Shown: positions 10,325 to 20,517, counted from the first letter of the stretch. The stretch: 64,000 bases of DNA from an uncultured Candidatus Saccharibacteria bacterium (GCA_964483665.1 CAZACP010000001.1:141896-205895), one strand, 5' to 3'. Notes: generated from the sequence alone by a model not told the origin. Translations and numbers: made by a program.

Positions 10325-11152
10325 TTAATGACCTTCTGCGTGGTGGATTTCGGTAGTAGCTATATTTAAATATACCAAAGTCAGCATAGAAAATACGGTT
10401 GCCTGAACGAGTCCGACTATAATTTCCAAGCCCATAAATGGCAACGGCAGAAAAATAGCAAGCATAGAGGCCAGTACGGTAAGCAAAACTTCGCCGGCAA
10501 AAATATTGCCGTAAAGCCTAAGGGACAAAGAAACCATTTTTGCTACCTCTGAAAACACTTCAATTAAACCAACAAAAAATTCAATTATCGCAACAAGTAT
10601 TTTTACCGGGTTAAATGAAATAATCGCTTTATATAAGTCTCCTAATTTTATAAATTTATTCGCGTATTTAAAAAACCCTATAGCTGCAATACCCAAAAAA
10701 TGTGAGCCCATAACTGCCACAACTGCCATTGAAAGAGTCATATTTAAGTCGGTGTTTGCCGGCCTAAACAGGGGTATTAATTCTACGCTGCCATGGTGCC
10801 AACCCCAAATTCCAATAGAACCTGTTCCCGGCATAAGTCCCATCCAATTAGAAACTACAATAAACAAAAAGAAAGTTCCGACTATAGGAAGAAATTTATA
10901 GCTTTTTTTTCTGTCCCCAGTTACTTGGTCAAAATATCCGAGCATAAATTCCAAAAGTCCTTCGGTAAAATTCAAAATCCCTTTCGGCGCTTTTAAACCC
11001 GAATAATATTTTTTTACGCCTTTTTGAACTAAAATAGCAAAGACTAAAAAGCCTAATAAAGCTAGGCTTGAGTTAATGTATGAGTTAGTAACTGGGAAGT
11101 TACCAATTTGGAACATTGTTTCCGCAGCTAGCGGAGGTAAGACTAAATTCAT
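10325..11152 (-). CDS. atpB: Fo ATP synthase subunit a
   Basis: SLSLRLYGNIFAGE and GLVQATVF motifs. Confidence 0.97.
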   Translation of the reverse strand: MNLVLPPLAAETMFQIGNFPVTNSYINSSLALLGFLVFAILVQKGVKKYYSGLKAPKGILNFTEGLLEFMLGYFDQVTGDRKKSYKFLPIVGTFFLFIVVSNWMGLMPGTGSIGIWGWHHGSVELIPLFRPANTDLNMTLSMAVVAVMGSHFLGIAAIGFFKYANKFIKLGDLYKAIISFNPVKILVAIIEFFVGLIEVFSEVAKMVSLSLRLYGNIFAGEVLLTVLASMLAIFLPLPFMGLEIIVGLVQATVFSMLTLVYLNIATTEIHHAEGH

Positions 11153-11496
11153 TTTTTATTGAGGTGTTCTTTTAAACGCTTAATTTGTTTATAGATTCCC
11201 ATTACGCTTATAGATATGGCAAGTGCAAGCCCGATTAGAATATAATGTTTGGTCCCGTATTTGGTATCAAGCCATTTGCCAATGTAGGAAAGTACTATTA
11301 GAGGAAGGGCAATAATAAGTCCAAAATCTGTGGCTATGCTAAACATAGACATAGCATTTATTACCTTTTTGCTTTTTGGGACCATTCTGGCAGCATCTTT
11401 GGCCTCTTTTAGCTCTTTTTGCTCTTTACGTACCTGCTCAAGGCTTATTCTGCCCGGAACCAAATATTCTTTTTCGTCAAATTTTTCATCAGCCAT
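11149..11496 (-). CDS. AtpZ/AtpI family (ATPase gene 1) membrane protein
   Basis: IGKWLDTKYGT between two TM helices; first gene of the atp operon. Confidence 0.8.
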   Translation of the reverse strand: MADEKFDEKEYLVPGRISLEQVRKEQKELKEAKDAARMVPKSKKVINAMSMFSIATDFGLIIALPLIVLSYIGKWLDTKYGTKHYILIGLALAISISVMGIYKQIKRLKEHLNKK

Positions 11497-11520
11497 AAAT
11501 TTTGTTTAAAAAACATCTTA

Positions 11521-11550
11521 AATATAGCGGATTTTTACGATTTGTGTCAA
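11521..11550 (-). promoter_or_regulatory. Probable atp operon promoter
   Basis: TTGACA-N18-TATATT upstream of the first atp gene. Confidence 0.5.
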
Positions 11551-11611
11551 TCCTATAGGGTCTTGACATATTACTAAATAGTGTGTATAAAACGCTATTT
11601 TAGTCGGTTTG

Positions 11612-14302
11612 TTATTCAACTTTATTGAAATTAAGTATTTTTTTTGCTGCTTCTAAAACCGGCACAATTGTGAGGGAAAGTATTATTATTGCTAACCAGT
11701 ATTCCGGCTTTAATTTTGTGGTAAAAAATACTTTTTGGAAAAAATCAAGGGAACTGATTGCCCACAATAAGGGAATTTGTCCGATTACCGCCCAATTTAG
11801 CCAAACATTGTTAAACATATTGGAATAAAAAGGCAATCGATCGCTTTTTAAGGAGAAAGCCTTAAAAAGTTGAATAATAATTAATGATAGGAAAGTTGCA
11901 GTGCTGGCTAAGCGCAAATTATTTGTTGTTGTCCAAAAACCGAAAAAAACCAAAAAATTTAGCAATGTGGTCCAAATAGCGGCAACTAAAATTAACGAAG
12001 TGGTTCTTTTGGTGAAAACTCCGGATTTAAGATCCCTAGGCTCTCTAAACATGTTGTCAGGACTGCCTTTTTCAGCCGCCAAAGCAAGAGCCGGAGGGCC
12101 GTCGGAAGCTAAGTTTACATACAAAATTTGCACTGCGGTTAAAGGCAGGGGCCATCCAAAAGCCACTGCCCCCGCAATAAGAAAAACTTCTCCTACGTGA
12201 GCCGACAATAAGTATATTAAATATTTTTTAATATTTTCAAAAATTATTCTACCTTCTTCGACTGCGGCGACAATTGAAGCGAAATTGTCGTCAAGCAAAG
12301 TCATAGCCGCGGCTTCTTTAGAAACATCGGTACCTTTTATTCCCATTGCCACGCCTACATTTGCTCTTTTTAATGCCGGGGCGTCGTTAACACCATCACC
12401 TGTCATGGCCACTACCTGGCCTTGGTTTTGCAGCTCCTCAACTATTCTTAGTTTATGCTCGGGCGAAACCCGGGCATAAACATTTACCTGGCCAACTGCT
12501 TCTGAAAATTCTTTTTCCCCCAGTGACTCAATTTCTAATCCTGAAAGAACTTTTTCTCCCGCCTGAATAATCCCGACTTCTGCCGCAATAGCCGCAGCTG
12601 TTGCCGGATGGTCGCCGGTTATCATAATTGTTCTAATGCCGGCATTTTGACAGACATTAACGGCCGCTTTGGCTTCTTCCCTGAGCGAGTCAGCCATTGC
12701 GACTAACCCCAAAAAAACTAATTCTTTTGGCGAATTTTTTAAGTTAGCCAGAGTATGATTTTTAGCAAGCGCAATTACCCGCTGACCTAGGCGGGCATAA
12801 CTTTCTGCAAGATCCATAAAATATTTTTTATGGTTTTCAGTAAGCTTTTCATGCTTTGCAGACTCAAAAACTAAGTTTGATAAGCCCATAATAACTTCTA
12901 TAGCGCCCTTGGCATAAACTACTGTACCACCTGAGTTTTTATGCAAAGTTGCCATATATTTTGCCTCCGAAGAAAACGGTATCTCTTCCAGCCTCGGCAG
13001 TTTGTCCTCTAGGGCTTCTTTTGAAAGTCCGGATTTAAGACCTGCTACCAGCAAAGCGCCTTCGGTTGCATCACCTTGAACTCTCCACTGCCCTTCTGTT
13101 TCCACCAGTATGGCATCTGAGCATAAAATTCCTGCGCTTAATAATTCACGCAAATCCTCAGGAGTATTTTTTAAAGTTTGTTTATCAAAAAAAACTTCGC
13201 CTTTTGGCTCATAACCACTACCTTCAAACTTATACTTTCCTGCCAGAGTAACCGCAGACTTAACTGTCATTTCGTCCTTAGTTAATGTTCCGGTTTTGTC
13301 CGTGCAAATTACAGTTGTGCTGCCCAAAGTTTCAACTACAGGCATATTTCTAACCAAAGCATTTCGTTTAGCCATTTTTGTAGCGCCTAAGGCTAGCGAG
13401 ACTGTGACTACTGCCGGCAAAGCTTCTGGTACAACCGCAACTGCGAGTGAAACGCCGAATAAAAGCATTTCGACCAAGGATTCCTGCCTAATAATCCCCA
13501 ATGCGACAATTAAAGCCACTACCACTAAAGCCACAGCGCCTAGCTTTTTAGCCAAGGAATCCAAGTTTATTTTTAGAGGAGTCTCCTGCTGCTTGACCTC
13601 TGAAAGCAGGCCTGCAATTTTACCCAGTTCTGTAGACATACCGGTTGCCACAACTAAACCCAACCCGCGTCCATAGGTGGCGGAAGTGCCGGTATAGGCC
13701 ATGTTTAAGCGGTCGCCCAGCGCAGTTTTTTCCGCCAATACTTTTTCGGTTTCTTTTTGTGAGGGTAAAGATTCTCCGGTTAAAGCTCCTTCCTCAATTT
13801 GCAGGTTTACGCTTTCTAAAAGTCTGACATCGGCGCTAATTTTGTTTCCGGCGGAAATTACTAAAATATCCCCGGGCACCATTTCTGAAGAAAAAATTTC
13901 AACAGTTTTGCCGTCACGAACAACCAGGCTTTTTGGTAAAGCCAGATCCTGCAACGCTTCTAAAGATTTTTCAGCCCTATATTCCTGGACAAAACCTAAG
14001 ACAGCGGAAAAAATAACAATCACAAAAACCGCGAAGCTTTCTATATAATGCCCCAAAAAGGCCGACAGAAACGCGGCTAAAATTAAAATAATAACTAAAA
14101 TGTTTTTAAACTGCGCGAAAAAAATTTTTAAAGTAGAAATTTTTTCCTTTACAGTCAGTTTGTTTTCTCCAAAGCGCGCAAGCCTGTTAGCGGCTTCGTT
14201 TGGAGAGAGTCCTAACGAAGTGGTTTCTAAAAGCTTTAACGCTTCCGTTTTTGTTAAAGCATGCCATAAGTTTTCTAATTGTTTGGAGTTTGAATCCGGC
14301 AT
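11612..14302 (-). CDS. Cation-transporting P-type ATPase (type II, Ca2+/Na+-like)
   Basis: TGES, VPEALP, DKTGTLT, KGA, TGD and GDGVNDAPAL motifs. Confidence 0.96.
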   Translation of the reverse strand: MPDSNSKQLENLWHALTKTEALKLLETTSLGLSPNEAANRLARFGENKLTVKEKISTLKIFFAQFKNILVIILILAAFLSAFLGHYIESFAVFVIVIFSAVLGFVQEYRAEKSLEALQDLALPKSLVVRDGKTVEIFSSEMVPGDILVISAGNKISADVRLLESVNLQIEEGALTGESLPSQKETEKVLAEKTALGDRLNMAYTGTSATYGRGLGLVVATGMSTELGKIAGLLSEVKQQETPLKINLDSLAKKLGAVALVVVALIVALGIIRQESLVEMLLFGVSLAVAVVPEALPAVVTVSLALGATKMAKRNALVRNMPVVETLGSTTVICTDKTGTLTKDEMTVKSAVTLAGKYKFEGSGYEPKGEVFFDKQTLKNTPEDLRELLSAGILCSDAILVETEGQWRVQGDATEGALLVAGLKSGLSKEALEDKLPRLEEIPFSSEAKYMATLHKNSGGTVVYAKGAIEVIMGLSNLVFESAKHEKLTENHKKYFMDLAESYARLGQRVIALAKNHTLANLKNSPKELVFLGLVAMADSLREEAKAAVNVCQNAGIRTIMITGDHPATAAAIAAEVGIIQAGEKVLSGLEIESLGEKEFSEAVGQVNVYARVSPEHKLRIVEELQNQGQVVAMTGDGVNDAPALKRANVGVAMGIKGTDVSKEAAAMTLLDDNFASIVAAVEEGRIIFENIKKYLIYLLSAHVGEVFLIAGAVAFGWPLPLTAVQILYVNLASDGPPALALAAEKGSPDNMFREPRDLKSGVFTKRTTSLILVAAIWTTLLNFLVFFGFWTTTNNLRLASTATFLSLIIIQLFKAFSLKSDRLPFYSNMFNNVWLNWAVIGQIPLLWAISSLDFFQKVFFTTKLKPEYWLAIIILSLTIVPVLEAAKKILNFNKVE

Positions 14303-14390
14303 TTGGAGAGGTTGTAATATTTTTATTTGAGCTTCTAAATCTATAAATCGTATTTTAATCGAGCTGCCTGTTTATTGCCCGGAGCCGAAG

Positions 14391-14450
14391 AATGACTTAA
14401 ACCCTTATAGCTTGCGATTTACCCGCCCGACTTGGCAATGACCTATGTAT
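14391..14450 (-). promoter_or_regulatory. Candidate cis-regulatory RNA resembling the DUF1646 (Na+-I) riboswitch
   Basis: 5' UTR of the P-type ATPase reads AUAGGUCAUUGCCAAGUCGGGCGGGUAAAUCGCAAGCUAUAAGGGUUUAAGUCAUU; resemblance recalled from memory, not computed. Confidence 0.4.
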
Positions 14451-14472
14451 TTCAACTTTTTTCAGTCTCTAG

Positions 14473-14548
14473 TGGAGCCGGCTGCCAGACTTGAACTGGC
14501 CACCTGCGGTTTACGATACCGCTGCTCTACCAGATGAGCTAAGCCGGC
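14473..14548 (-). tRNA. tRNA-Thr(CGT)
   Basis: GCCGGCT...GCGGT-AT-CGT-AA-ACCGC...GTTCAAG...AGCCGGC-T-CCA cloverleaf. Confidence 0.94.
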
Positions 14549-14582
14549 ATCACTAAGTACCGATTTTGTTTGTCTAGGTTGT

Positions 14583-15383
14583 TTATAATGTGATTGAATT
14601 TAGAACAAGTTTTTTGCCAAACAGCCTTTTTGCGACTGCTTCAAAATTTTTATTGAGTTTTGTGACATAAAAATCGCGGCTCGAATTTTTTGCTAGCGCC
14701 CTTTCCATTTCTGAATGTTTTTGTAAGTAGCTGGTAAGTTTGTCCGGGATTATTTCATCTTGAGAAATTACATCTACACCTCTGCCAATTACTTCCCTAA
14801 TCTCTTTTTTTAACAAAGGGTAATGGGTACAACCCAAAATTAGCGCATCAATATTTTTATCTTGAAGCGTTTTCAAATATAATTTTAGAGTTTTTGCTGC
14901 GTTTTGTAAAGAATTTTTTTCTATTAAAGGCACGAGTTTGGGGGTTGCAAGCTCAAAAATTTTTGCTTTTTTGTCGATTTTCGAAAGTTCTTTTTTATAA
15001 ATATGCGAATTTATAGTAGCTGATGTTCCGATAACCCCAATTTTTTTACGTCGATGCTTATTATAGGCAACCTCTAGTGTGGGCACTACTACTCCTAAAA
15101 TCCGCCTGTTCGGATAATTTTTAGGTAAGTATTTTTGCTGCAGCCTTCTTAATGCCAAAGCTGAAGATGTATTGCAAGCGACTATTACTAATTGGCAATT
15201 TTGTTTAAACATAAAATCTACCGCATTTTTTGTATAGCGGTAAATTTGGGTAGGTGTTTTTTCGCCGTAAGGCAAATTTTTTGTGTCACCTAAGTATATA
15301 TAGTCGTATTTTGGCAGACGTTTCAATATAGATTTCGCGATTACCAAGCCGCCTAAGCCTGAGTCAAAAATTCCTATTTTCAT
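14583..15383 (-). CDS. murI: Glutamate racemase
   Basis: IGIFDSGLGG, VACNT and LGCTHYP motifs; start MKIGIF. Confidence 0.97.
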   Translation of the reverse strand: MKIGIFDSGLGGLVIAKSILKRLPKYDYIYLGDTKNLPYGEKTPTQIYRYTKNAVDFMFKQNCQLVIVACNTSSALALRRLQQKYLPKNYPNRRILGVVVPTLEVAYNKHRRKKIGVIGTSATINSHIYKKELSKIDKKAKIFELATPKLVPLIEKNSLQNAAKTLKLYLKTLQDKNIDALILGCTHYPLLKKEIREVIGRGVDVISQDEIIPDKLTSYLQKHSEMERALAKNSSRDFYVTKLNKNFEAVAKRLFGKKLVLNSITL

Positions 15384-15396
15384 TGTATAAGTATAC

Positions 15397-15424
15397 AAAA
15401 ATCCCGCCTGTTTGAACAGGCGGG
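15397..15424 (-). terminator. Intrinsic terminator
   Basis: cccgcctgt-ttga-acaggcggg hairpin followed by a U-tract on the minus strand. Confidence 0.65.
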
Positions 15425-15436
15425 CCGCATTTAAGC

Positions 15437-17545
15437 CTATTGAATGCCTGCCGGTGTAAGCAAATGTTTGCCGGAATTATATCCCCCGGTATTTTCCCCT
15501 AGACAAAAGGTTAGCTGATAGTGCAAACTGTCCTGTCGTTTATAGCTGTATTCATTGTCTGAGTTTTGACATGTACCGTCTGCGGGTAAAGGAGCGGTTG
15601 GTATTAAACCAATGTAAGTTGGAGTTATGTCACTTAAGTTTTTTGGATATTCGCTACTGTCGTTAAAATAAAGTTCAAGCGCCGAAGCTATTTGCCTAAC
15701 GTCTGCAAGTCTTTTTGCGTCGCGAGACTGTGACCTGGCTGAGTTTAATATCGAAATCATATCCAAAAATTCTTTGGGCTCTTCTATGGCCAAGATTTTT
15801 CCATACTCACTGTATTTTGAAGTAATACTAATTTCAGCGCCGAAATCAATTTTCGAAATTACTTCGTCTATAGCTATTTTTCCTGCTTCAAGCTTGCTTG
15901 GGGCCGGTGTGTTTGAAGCTTTACAAAGTTCAGATCCCCCGTTACAAGGAAGGCCGGATTCAATACCATTTTGCGTAAGTTTGCCTATTCCAGGTTTGTA
16001 GCCTCCGGTGCTTTGTCCAAAACAGAAAGTGTATTCAAAGCCTGAATAAATTGTCTTGCCTTCAACAACTTTTTTTTGACCTTTTGGCGTATACCAGTAA
16101 GTATTGTAGTACTCGCTGCACTGACCTTCTGCTTTGGGCGCCTCTGGTATTTGAGTTATATAAGTCGGAGTTAACTCTAAAGGTTTTCCATCTTTTGCTT
16201 CTGGGTAACCTTCCATGTCGTTCTTATATAACTGAAGCGCGGTAGCTATTTGTCTCATATCTGAAAGTCTTTTCTGGTCCCCGGACAAATTTGCTGAGGA
16301 AAAACTTTTGCTGCTAATGGCATTTAAAAGGGATATAAACGAGGGGGCGTTCGTCCAAACTTTTACTTGGTAAAGTTCAAAGTCCTTTTTTCCTATCCAG
16401 ACTTCAAACTGTTTTATTTCTAACTTGTCAATTAAAGCCGATATCGCGTAGGTTGCTAATTCTAGGTTTTCTTTGTCGTTGGAAGCGGTTACAGAAGCCT
16501 CGCCTGAAACAAATTGGTTGCCAAATTTGTTTAAGTAAGCCGTTAAGACTTTTTTTAATTCGGATTTGTCAACTTGGGCTTCAAAATGCTGAGTCATTAC
16601 TTCACCCAGTTTTTCGTTTCCTAAATTTTTTTTCATTTTGACAATTTTTGCCTCTTTCCATATGTTTTCCAGAGCGCTTTTAAACTCAGGGTCAGTAAGG
16701 GCCTTAAGCTGCGCTGCATTTTCGGCTTCGGCCGTGGTTTTGTCTTCGGCTATTAGCTTTTTTATTTCGTTTAAATCAAGCTTGAGCCATTCTTGCTTTT
16801 TGGTTTGCCCGCTTTGCGTCATTAAACCCTGCGAAAACATTTCTAAAAATGGATTACTCCCGACATTTAAATAAAGAACCTGGTTTTTGAGTTTATATTT
16901 AAAACCAGTGGAGAAACTTGTTCCGCTGCTTCCAAAGGTATAGTTTACATCGGCCGTTGATTCGGGGCTTTTTGGGTCAGCTGAGTTAATGTAATAATTC
17001 CCATTAAATTCAAGCTTTAAATTTTTAAGGCTAGCCTGAAATGAAGATTTTTCTTGTTGTTTTGGTTCCGTATTATCTGTGTAGCTAAATGTAAAATCTG
17101 TTCGCATTATGTCCGGCTTTTTAACTTGGGTAAATTTGTTCCAAATTTGAGACGGGGTATAAAAGCCGTAGGTATAAACATAAAAAGCCGCTCCTCCCAG
17201 GAGCAGTAAAACTATAAAAATAAACAGCCATAGGCCAAGGTGCGACTTTTTTACTGGCTGAACCTGTCCTTGTTCAACAAAATTTTGCGTTGTTGGTGTT
17301 TGGGCTTTAGCCTCGTTTCTGCTTTGCATTAAAGGGGAAAGTAAGGAGCTTTCGGTTTCCACCGCAGTTTTTTGCATGTGAAGACTGGCTACAAAATGCG
17401 CAAAAGTATTTTCAATATCCTCTGCCTCCCAGCCGGCGTTAAGCAGGTTCTGTTTAATTTCTGAATCAGCCAGCCCGTGTTCTTTAGCTGATTTAACATA
17501 GTCAAGCAGTTCGCTGTTTACGCCAAATAAATTGTTGTTGCCCAT
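15437..17545 (-). CDS. Membrane-anchored protein with two type IV pilin / GspG-like domains
   Basis: One TM helix near aa 103-125; two repeats DQKRLSDMRQIATALQLY..YP and DAKRLADVRQIASALELY..YP, each with a Cys pair. Confidence 0.75.
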   Translation of the reverse strand: MGNNNLFGVNSELLDYVKSAKEHGLADSEIKQNLLNAGWEAEDIENTFAHFVASLHMQKTAVETESSLLSPLMQSRNEAKAQTPTTQNFVEQGQVQPVKKSHLGLWLFIFIVLLLLGGAAFYVYTYGFYTPSQIWNKFTQVKKPDIMRTDFTFSYTDNTEPKQQEKSSFQASLKNLKLEFNGNYYINSADPKSPESTADVNYTFGSSGTSFSTGFKYKLKNQVLYLNVGSNPFLEMFSQGLMTQSGQTKKQEWLKLDLNEIKKLIAEDKTTAEAENAAQLKALTDPEFKSALENIWKEAKIVKMKKNLGNEKLGEVMTQHFEAQVDKSELKKVLTAYLNKFGNQFVSGEASVTASNDKENLELATYAISALIDKLEIKQFEVWIGKKDFELYQVKVWTNAPSFISLLNAISSKSFSSANLSGDQKRLSDMRQIATALQLYKNDMEGYPEAKDGKPLELTPTYITQIPEAPKAEGQCSEYYNTYWYTPKGQKKVVEGKTIYSGFEYTFCFGQSTGGYKPGIGKLTQNGIESGLPCNGGSELCKASNTPAPSKLEAGKIAIDEVISKIDFGAEISITSKYSEYGKILAIEEPKEFLDMISILNSARSQSRDAKRLADVRQIASALELYFNDSSEYPKNLSDITPTYIGLIPTAPLPADGTCQNSDNEYSYKRQDSLHYQLTFCLGENTGGYNSGKHLLTPAGIQ

Positions 17546-17555
17546 ATTTTTGAGC

Positions 17556-18305
17556 TTAAGGTTTAATAAATACTTTTATTTTTATTTCTGCTGCCGATGC
17601 TTTTAGCCATGCTTCAAAACTGGAATTTTGAAGGTAGATTTGTCTGACAGTATTGTTTTCCGGGTCCCTTAATATTATATGCAAACCGAGACTGCTTGGA
17701 ATTATGTCTGGTTGGCTGTTTGATATTTTTGAAATTTTTTCTTCTACTTCCGGTATAAATATGTTTTCTTCATTGCGCCCTGTTAACCCCCCAAAAGATT
17801 TAGAATATAAGTCCTGGCTGTAGGTTTTTGCCAAGCTCTCAAAACTTTCTCCTTGTTTTAGCCTTGAAACTATATTGTTGGCTAACTCATAGTTTTTTGA
17901 ATTTAGACTTTGATTTGAATTGTAGTAAAAAGCCAAGCCTTTTTTTATTCCGTCGTATTTTTCTAAAAGATTTGTTGGCTGCTTGTTTCCGTAAATAGGT
18001 TTTATGTTCAGCTCGTCTTGCAAAGCCGCGTACTGTTCGTTAAGTAAAAGCGCTGAGTAAATTTGTCCGTCTGAAAGGGTTTTTTGGTCTCCCAACAGAT
18101 GTTTTATATCAAAAAAAGTATGTGCAAAAACCGGTCTTCCTCCAACTGTTGCTATAGGTAACGGTAAAAAGTTTAAGATTTTTAACTTTGTGCCGCTTAA
18201 GCCTGGTTTGTATAGCCAAATAGAACCTAAGAGTAAAGCTCCTAAAAATACAGTCAACAGCAAGGCAGTTAGCTTAATGTTTTTTTTCTTTTTTACCATA
18301 ATCAA
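17556..18305 (-). CDS. PpiC/parvulin-type peptidyl-prolyl isomerase, membrane anchored
   Basis: FESLAKTYSQD..S..FGG..G and SSLGLHII motifs. Confidence 0.8.
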   Translation of the reverse strand: MIMVKKKKNIKLTALLLTVFLGALLLGSIWLYKPGLSGTKLKILNFLPLPIATVGGRPVFAHTFFDIKHLLGDQKTLSDGQIYSALLLNEQYAALQDELNIKPIYGNKQPTNLLEKYDGIKKGLAFYYNSNQSLNSKNYELANNIVSRLKQGESFESLAKTYSQDLYSKSFGGLTGRNEENIFIPEVEEKISKISNSQPDIIPSSLGLHIILRDPENNTVRQIYLQNSSFEAWLKASAAEIKIKVFIKP

Positions 18306-18679
18306 TTGCTTCTGCCCGAAAAGTATTTAATCCATTTTTCTGGGTTTGAAAGAGTTGTTTTTAATTCTTGTGCGTCGCCTGCTCCCATATTTTGATTAGA
18401 TGTCTTAAAACTAAAGACTTGCTCGTCAGGCTGCTTTAAATTTAACTGCTCCCTCGCAACTCTTTGCTTAAAGCTTTCAGACTTAAAATATTCCAAAGAA
18501 GTCGAAATTTCTTGGTTTTTCTTGTTTAAATTCTCTATTTGCGCAAGAATTTTTTTCTTTTCCGCTTCAATTTGCCGGTTTTGTTTAATCTGATAATATT
18601 TTTGCCTGCCCAAAAACAACGCTAAAATTAGCAAAAATAAAAATGTTATTTTGGACGAAAAAACTTTTTTTGATTTCAC
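18302..18679 (-). CDS. Septum formation initiator (FtsB/DivIC family)
   Basis: N-terminal TM helix, coiled coil, AREQLNLKQPDEQVF. Confidence 0.82.
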   Translation of the reverse strand: MKSKKVFSSKITFLFLLILALFLGRQKYYQIKQNRQIEAEKKKILAQIENLNKKNQEISTSLEYFKSESFKQRVAREQLNLKQPDEQVFSFKTSNQNMGAGDAQELKTTLSNPEKWIKYFSGRSN

Positions 18680-18733
18680 TTTGTAGCATTGTTATTTAAT
18701 TTATTTTAACATAAATCAGTAATTGAGGCAAAA

Positions 18734-19201
18734 TCAGCTCGCTTTAATTAAAGTAATAGTGTCGTCTTTAATGACCGAGGGTTGGGGCAAATGTTTTAAG
18801 ACAACCGGATTAGAAATACTCTGTTGTTGCACAACAACGTTTCCGTAATCAAACAGTGCTGCAAATAAGCCTTTTTTTTCATAGGCAATGTTTACAATTT
18901 TGTCTTTGGGTAGGTCGGTAACTATTTTGTGCAAAAGGTTATGGTATTGAATAATAATTAACCGGTTGTTAGTTACTAAGGTGTAATTCATTTTCCAGAG
19001 CAAAACCTGGTTTATAAAGTAAATTGCGGTAAAAAAAATCCAAAATTCCGGAATTTTCCCAAATGTTTCTTTTAACTCGTATTTAGTTAAAAAAGTAACC
19101 GGGACATAAGCCGCTAAAGAGCAAGCTAAAAGATACCCGACCAAAATTGCTTTGGTCTGCCTATACTTGCGCAGGATTTTTTCGCCTGGTGTTAGTTTCA
19201 T
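18734..19201 (-). CDS. Bacterial PH-domain membrane protein
   Basis: GEKILRKYR, two TM helices, VTNNRLI, LFDYGNV; likely start MKLTPGE (ORF track extends to 19345). Confidence 0.7.
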   Translation of the reverse strand: MKLTPGEKILRKYRQTKAILVGYLLACSLAAYVPVTFLTKYELKETFGKIPEFWIFFTAIYFINQVLLWKMNYTLVTNNRLIIIQYHNLLHKIVTDLPKDKIVNIAYEKKGLFAALFDYGNVVVQQQSISNPVVLKHLPQPSVIKDDTITLIKAS

Positions 19202-19317
19202 TTTGGTATTACGCTCTGACCTAAAGTTAGTATTACCATGCTCAGAATCATAAGTATTGCTATAAGATACATGATTCTGTTGAGCAGTTTTCGATTTTGG
19301 AAGATATTTTTCATATA

Positions 19318-20040
19318 TTATTTGCAGGAAAGCGCGGCTTTGCATTGAGTTTGTTCTTCGCCGCTTAGGCTGTTACACGCTGCGCATTGCATAGCTTTAA
19401 CGTCTACGGAGCCGCTTGCGCCGCCCTGGACGCCCGTGCCGCCCGATGCGGGAGCAGTTTGTACGCTTTTCATCATTTCTGAATAATCGGTGAATTTGAT
19501 GTTTGTTGGGACGCTAAAACTTGAACTGTCTTCGGTCCAGCTTGTGCAATTATAATCTCGTTTAGTTTCCAAATCAATTGTTTGATTTTTCGGCTGATTG
19601 GCGCTTTGGGTGTTTTGCTCTAAAGCATCAAGCGAAATTTTAAAAGCCATTTCACTTGAGCCTTCGGTCCATACATACTGAGTTTTTCCGTCATTAATCA
19701 TATGGGTAATTTCTGTTTTGCCATTAACTTGGCTTTTAAAATCACCCCGCATTTTGCCCCCGGAAATATAAACCGTGCCTTGAGTTTGAGTATTTTGGCT
19801 GTCTAAGCCAACTTCGCATTTTTGAGTTTTTCCCATCATTAACTCTTTTAGCGACATTGGGGAATTTTCGGCAGCGGCGGTTTGTTTATTTTGGGTGCTA
19901 GACTTTAATTCTGTTTTGTTAGAACTTTTCAAAAAATACCAACCTGCTAAAAGCAAAACAATAACCGCTATAATTATTAAGCCTAGCTTATTGCCCTTTT
20001 TTTCTTCTTGGCCGCTTTGCGGCTCTTGATTTGTTTCCAT
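19318..20040 (-). CDS. Hypothetical membrane-anchored or secreted protein
   Basis: N-terminal TM helix, beta-rich domain, C-terminal Cys cluster. Confidence 0.75.
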   Translation of the reverse strand: METNQEPQSGQEEKKGNKLGLIIIAVIVLLLAGWYFLKSSNKTELKSSTQNKQTAAAENSPMSLKELMMGKTQKCEVGLDSQNTQTQGTVYISGGKMRGDFKSQVNGKTEITHMINDGKTQYVWTEGSSEMAFKISLDALEQNTQSANQPKNQTIDLETKRDYNCTSWTEDSSSFSVPTNIKFTDYSEMMKSVQTAPASGGTGVQGGASGSVDVKAMQCAACNSLSGEEQTQCKAALSCK

Positions 20041-20049
20041 AAATATTTA

Positions 20050-20517
20050 TTAATGCTTTAAATTATTTTTTAAGATCTCTTTCTCCACTTGTTTTAATCT
20101 GGCTGCTATTTCATCTAGTTCTTTTTTGGCCTCGGAAAGTTCTCTTTGCTCGTTTTTCAACTCTATTTCTGTTTTTTCCGCCATTTTTTTGTCTCCCTTA
20201 AGTCCTGATAATATAATTTCGTTGCCAATAAAATTGGAAACGAAAACGCCTATAAGCAGAAGTATAACAGTACCTAAAAGCAACGAGAGCGGGCCGTCCC
20301 ACCACAGTTCATTGCTTAGGTCTATCCCCCCTTCCGTCGACTGCCAGGAAGTGATTTTAAGTATTATAAAATCTGCAGTATGCCAAACTCCGCGCCAGAA
20401 TAAAACTACTCCCACTCCTCCAATTAGCGCGTAAATAATAGGGTAGTGACTAAAGTAAGCGCGTATTCGGTCTTCTAGTTTATCACCGATGTTATATAAT
20501 TTTTTAAATAAATTCAT
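20050..20517 (-). CDS. Hypothetical membrane protein
   Basis: Two TM helices, FWRGVWH motif, C-terminal coiled coil. Confidence 0.8.
   Translation of the reverse strand: MNLFKKLYNIGDKLEDRIRAYFSHYPIIYALIGGVGVVLFWRGVWHTADFIILKITSWQSTEGGIDLSNELWWDGPLSLLLGTVILLLIGVFVSNFIGNEIILSGLKGDKKMAEKTEIELKNEQRELSEAKKELDEIAARLKQVEKEILKNNLKH

Noticed and set aside
14340-14460. yybP-ykoY Mn2+ riboswitch before the P-type ATPase
   Set aside because: The characteristic AAGGGGAGUAG-type motif is not present.
14473-14548. tRNA-Thr or the other tRNAs as prophage/island attachment sites
   Set aside because: No integrase and no direct repeat of a tRNA 3' end seen in the window.
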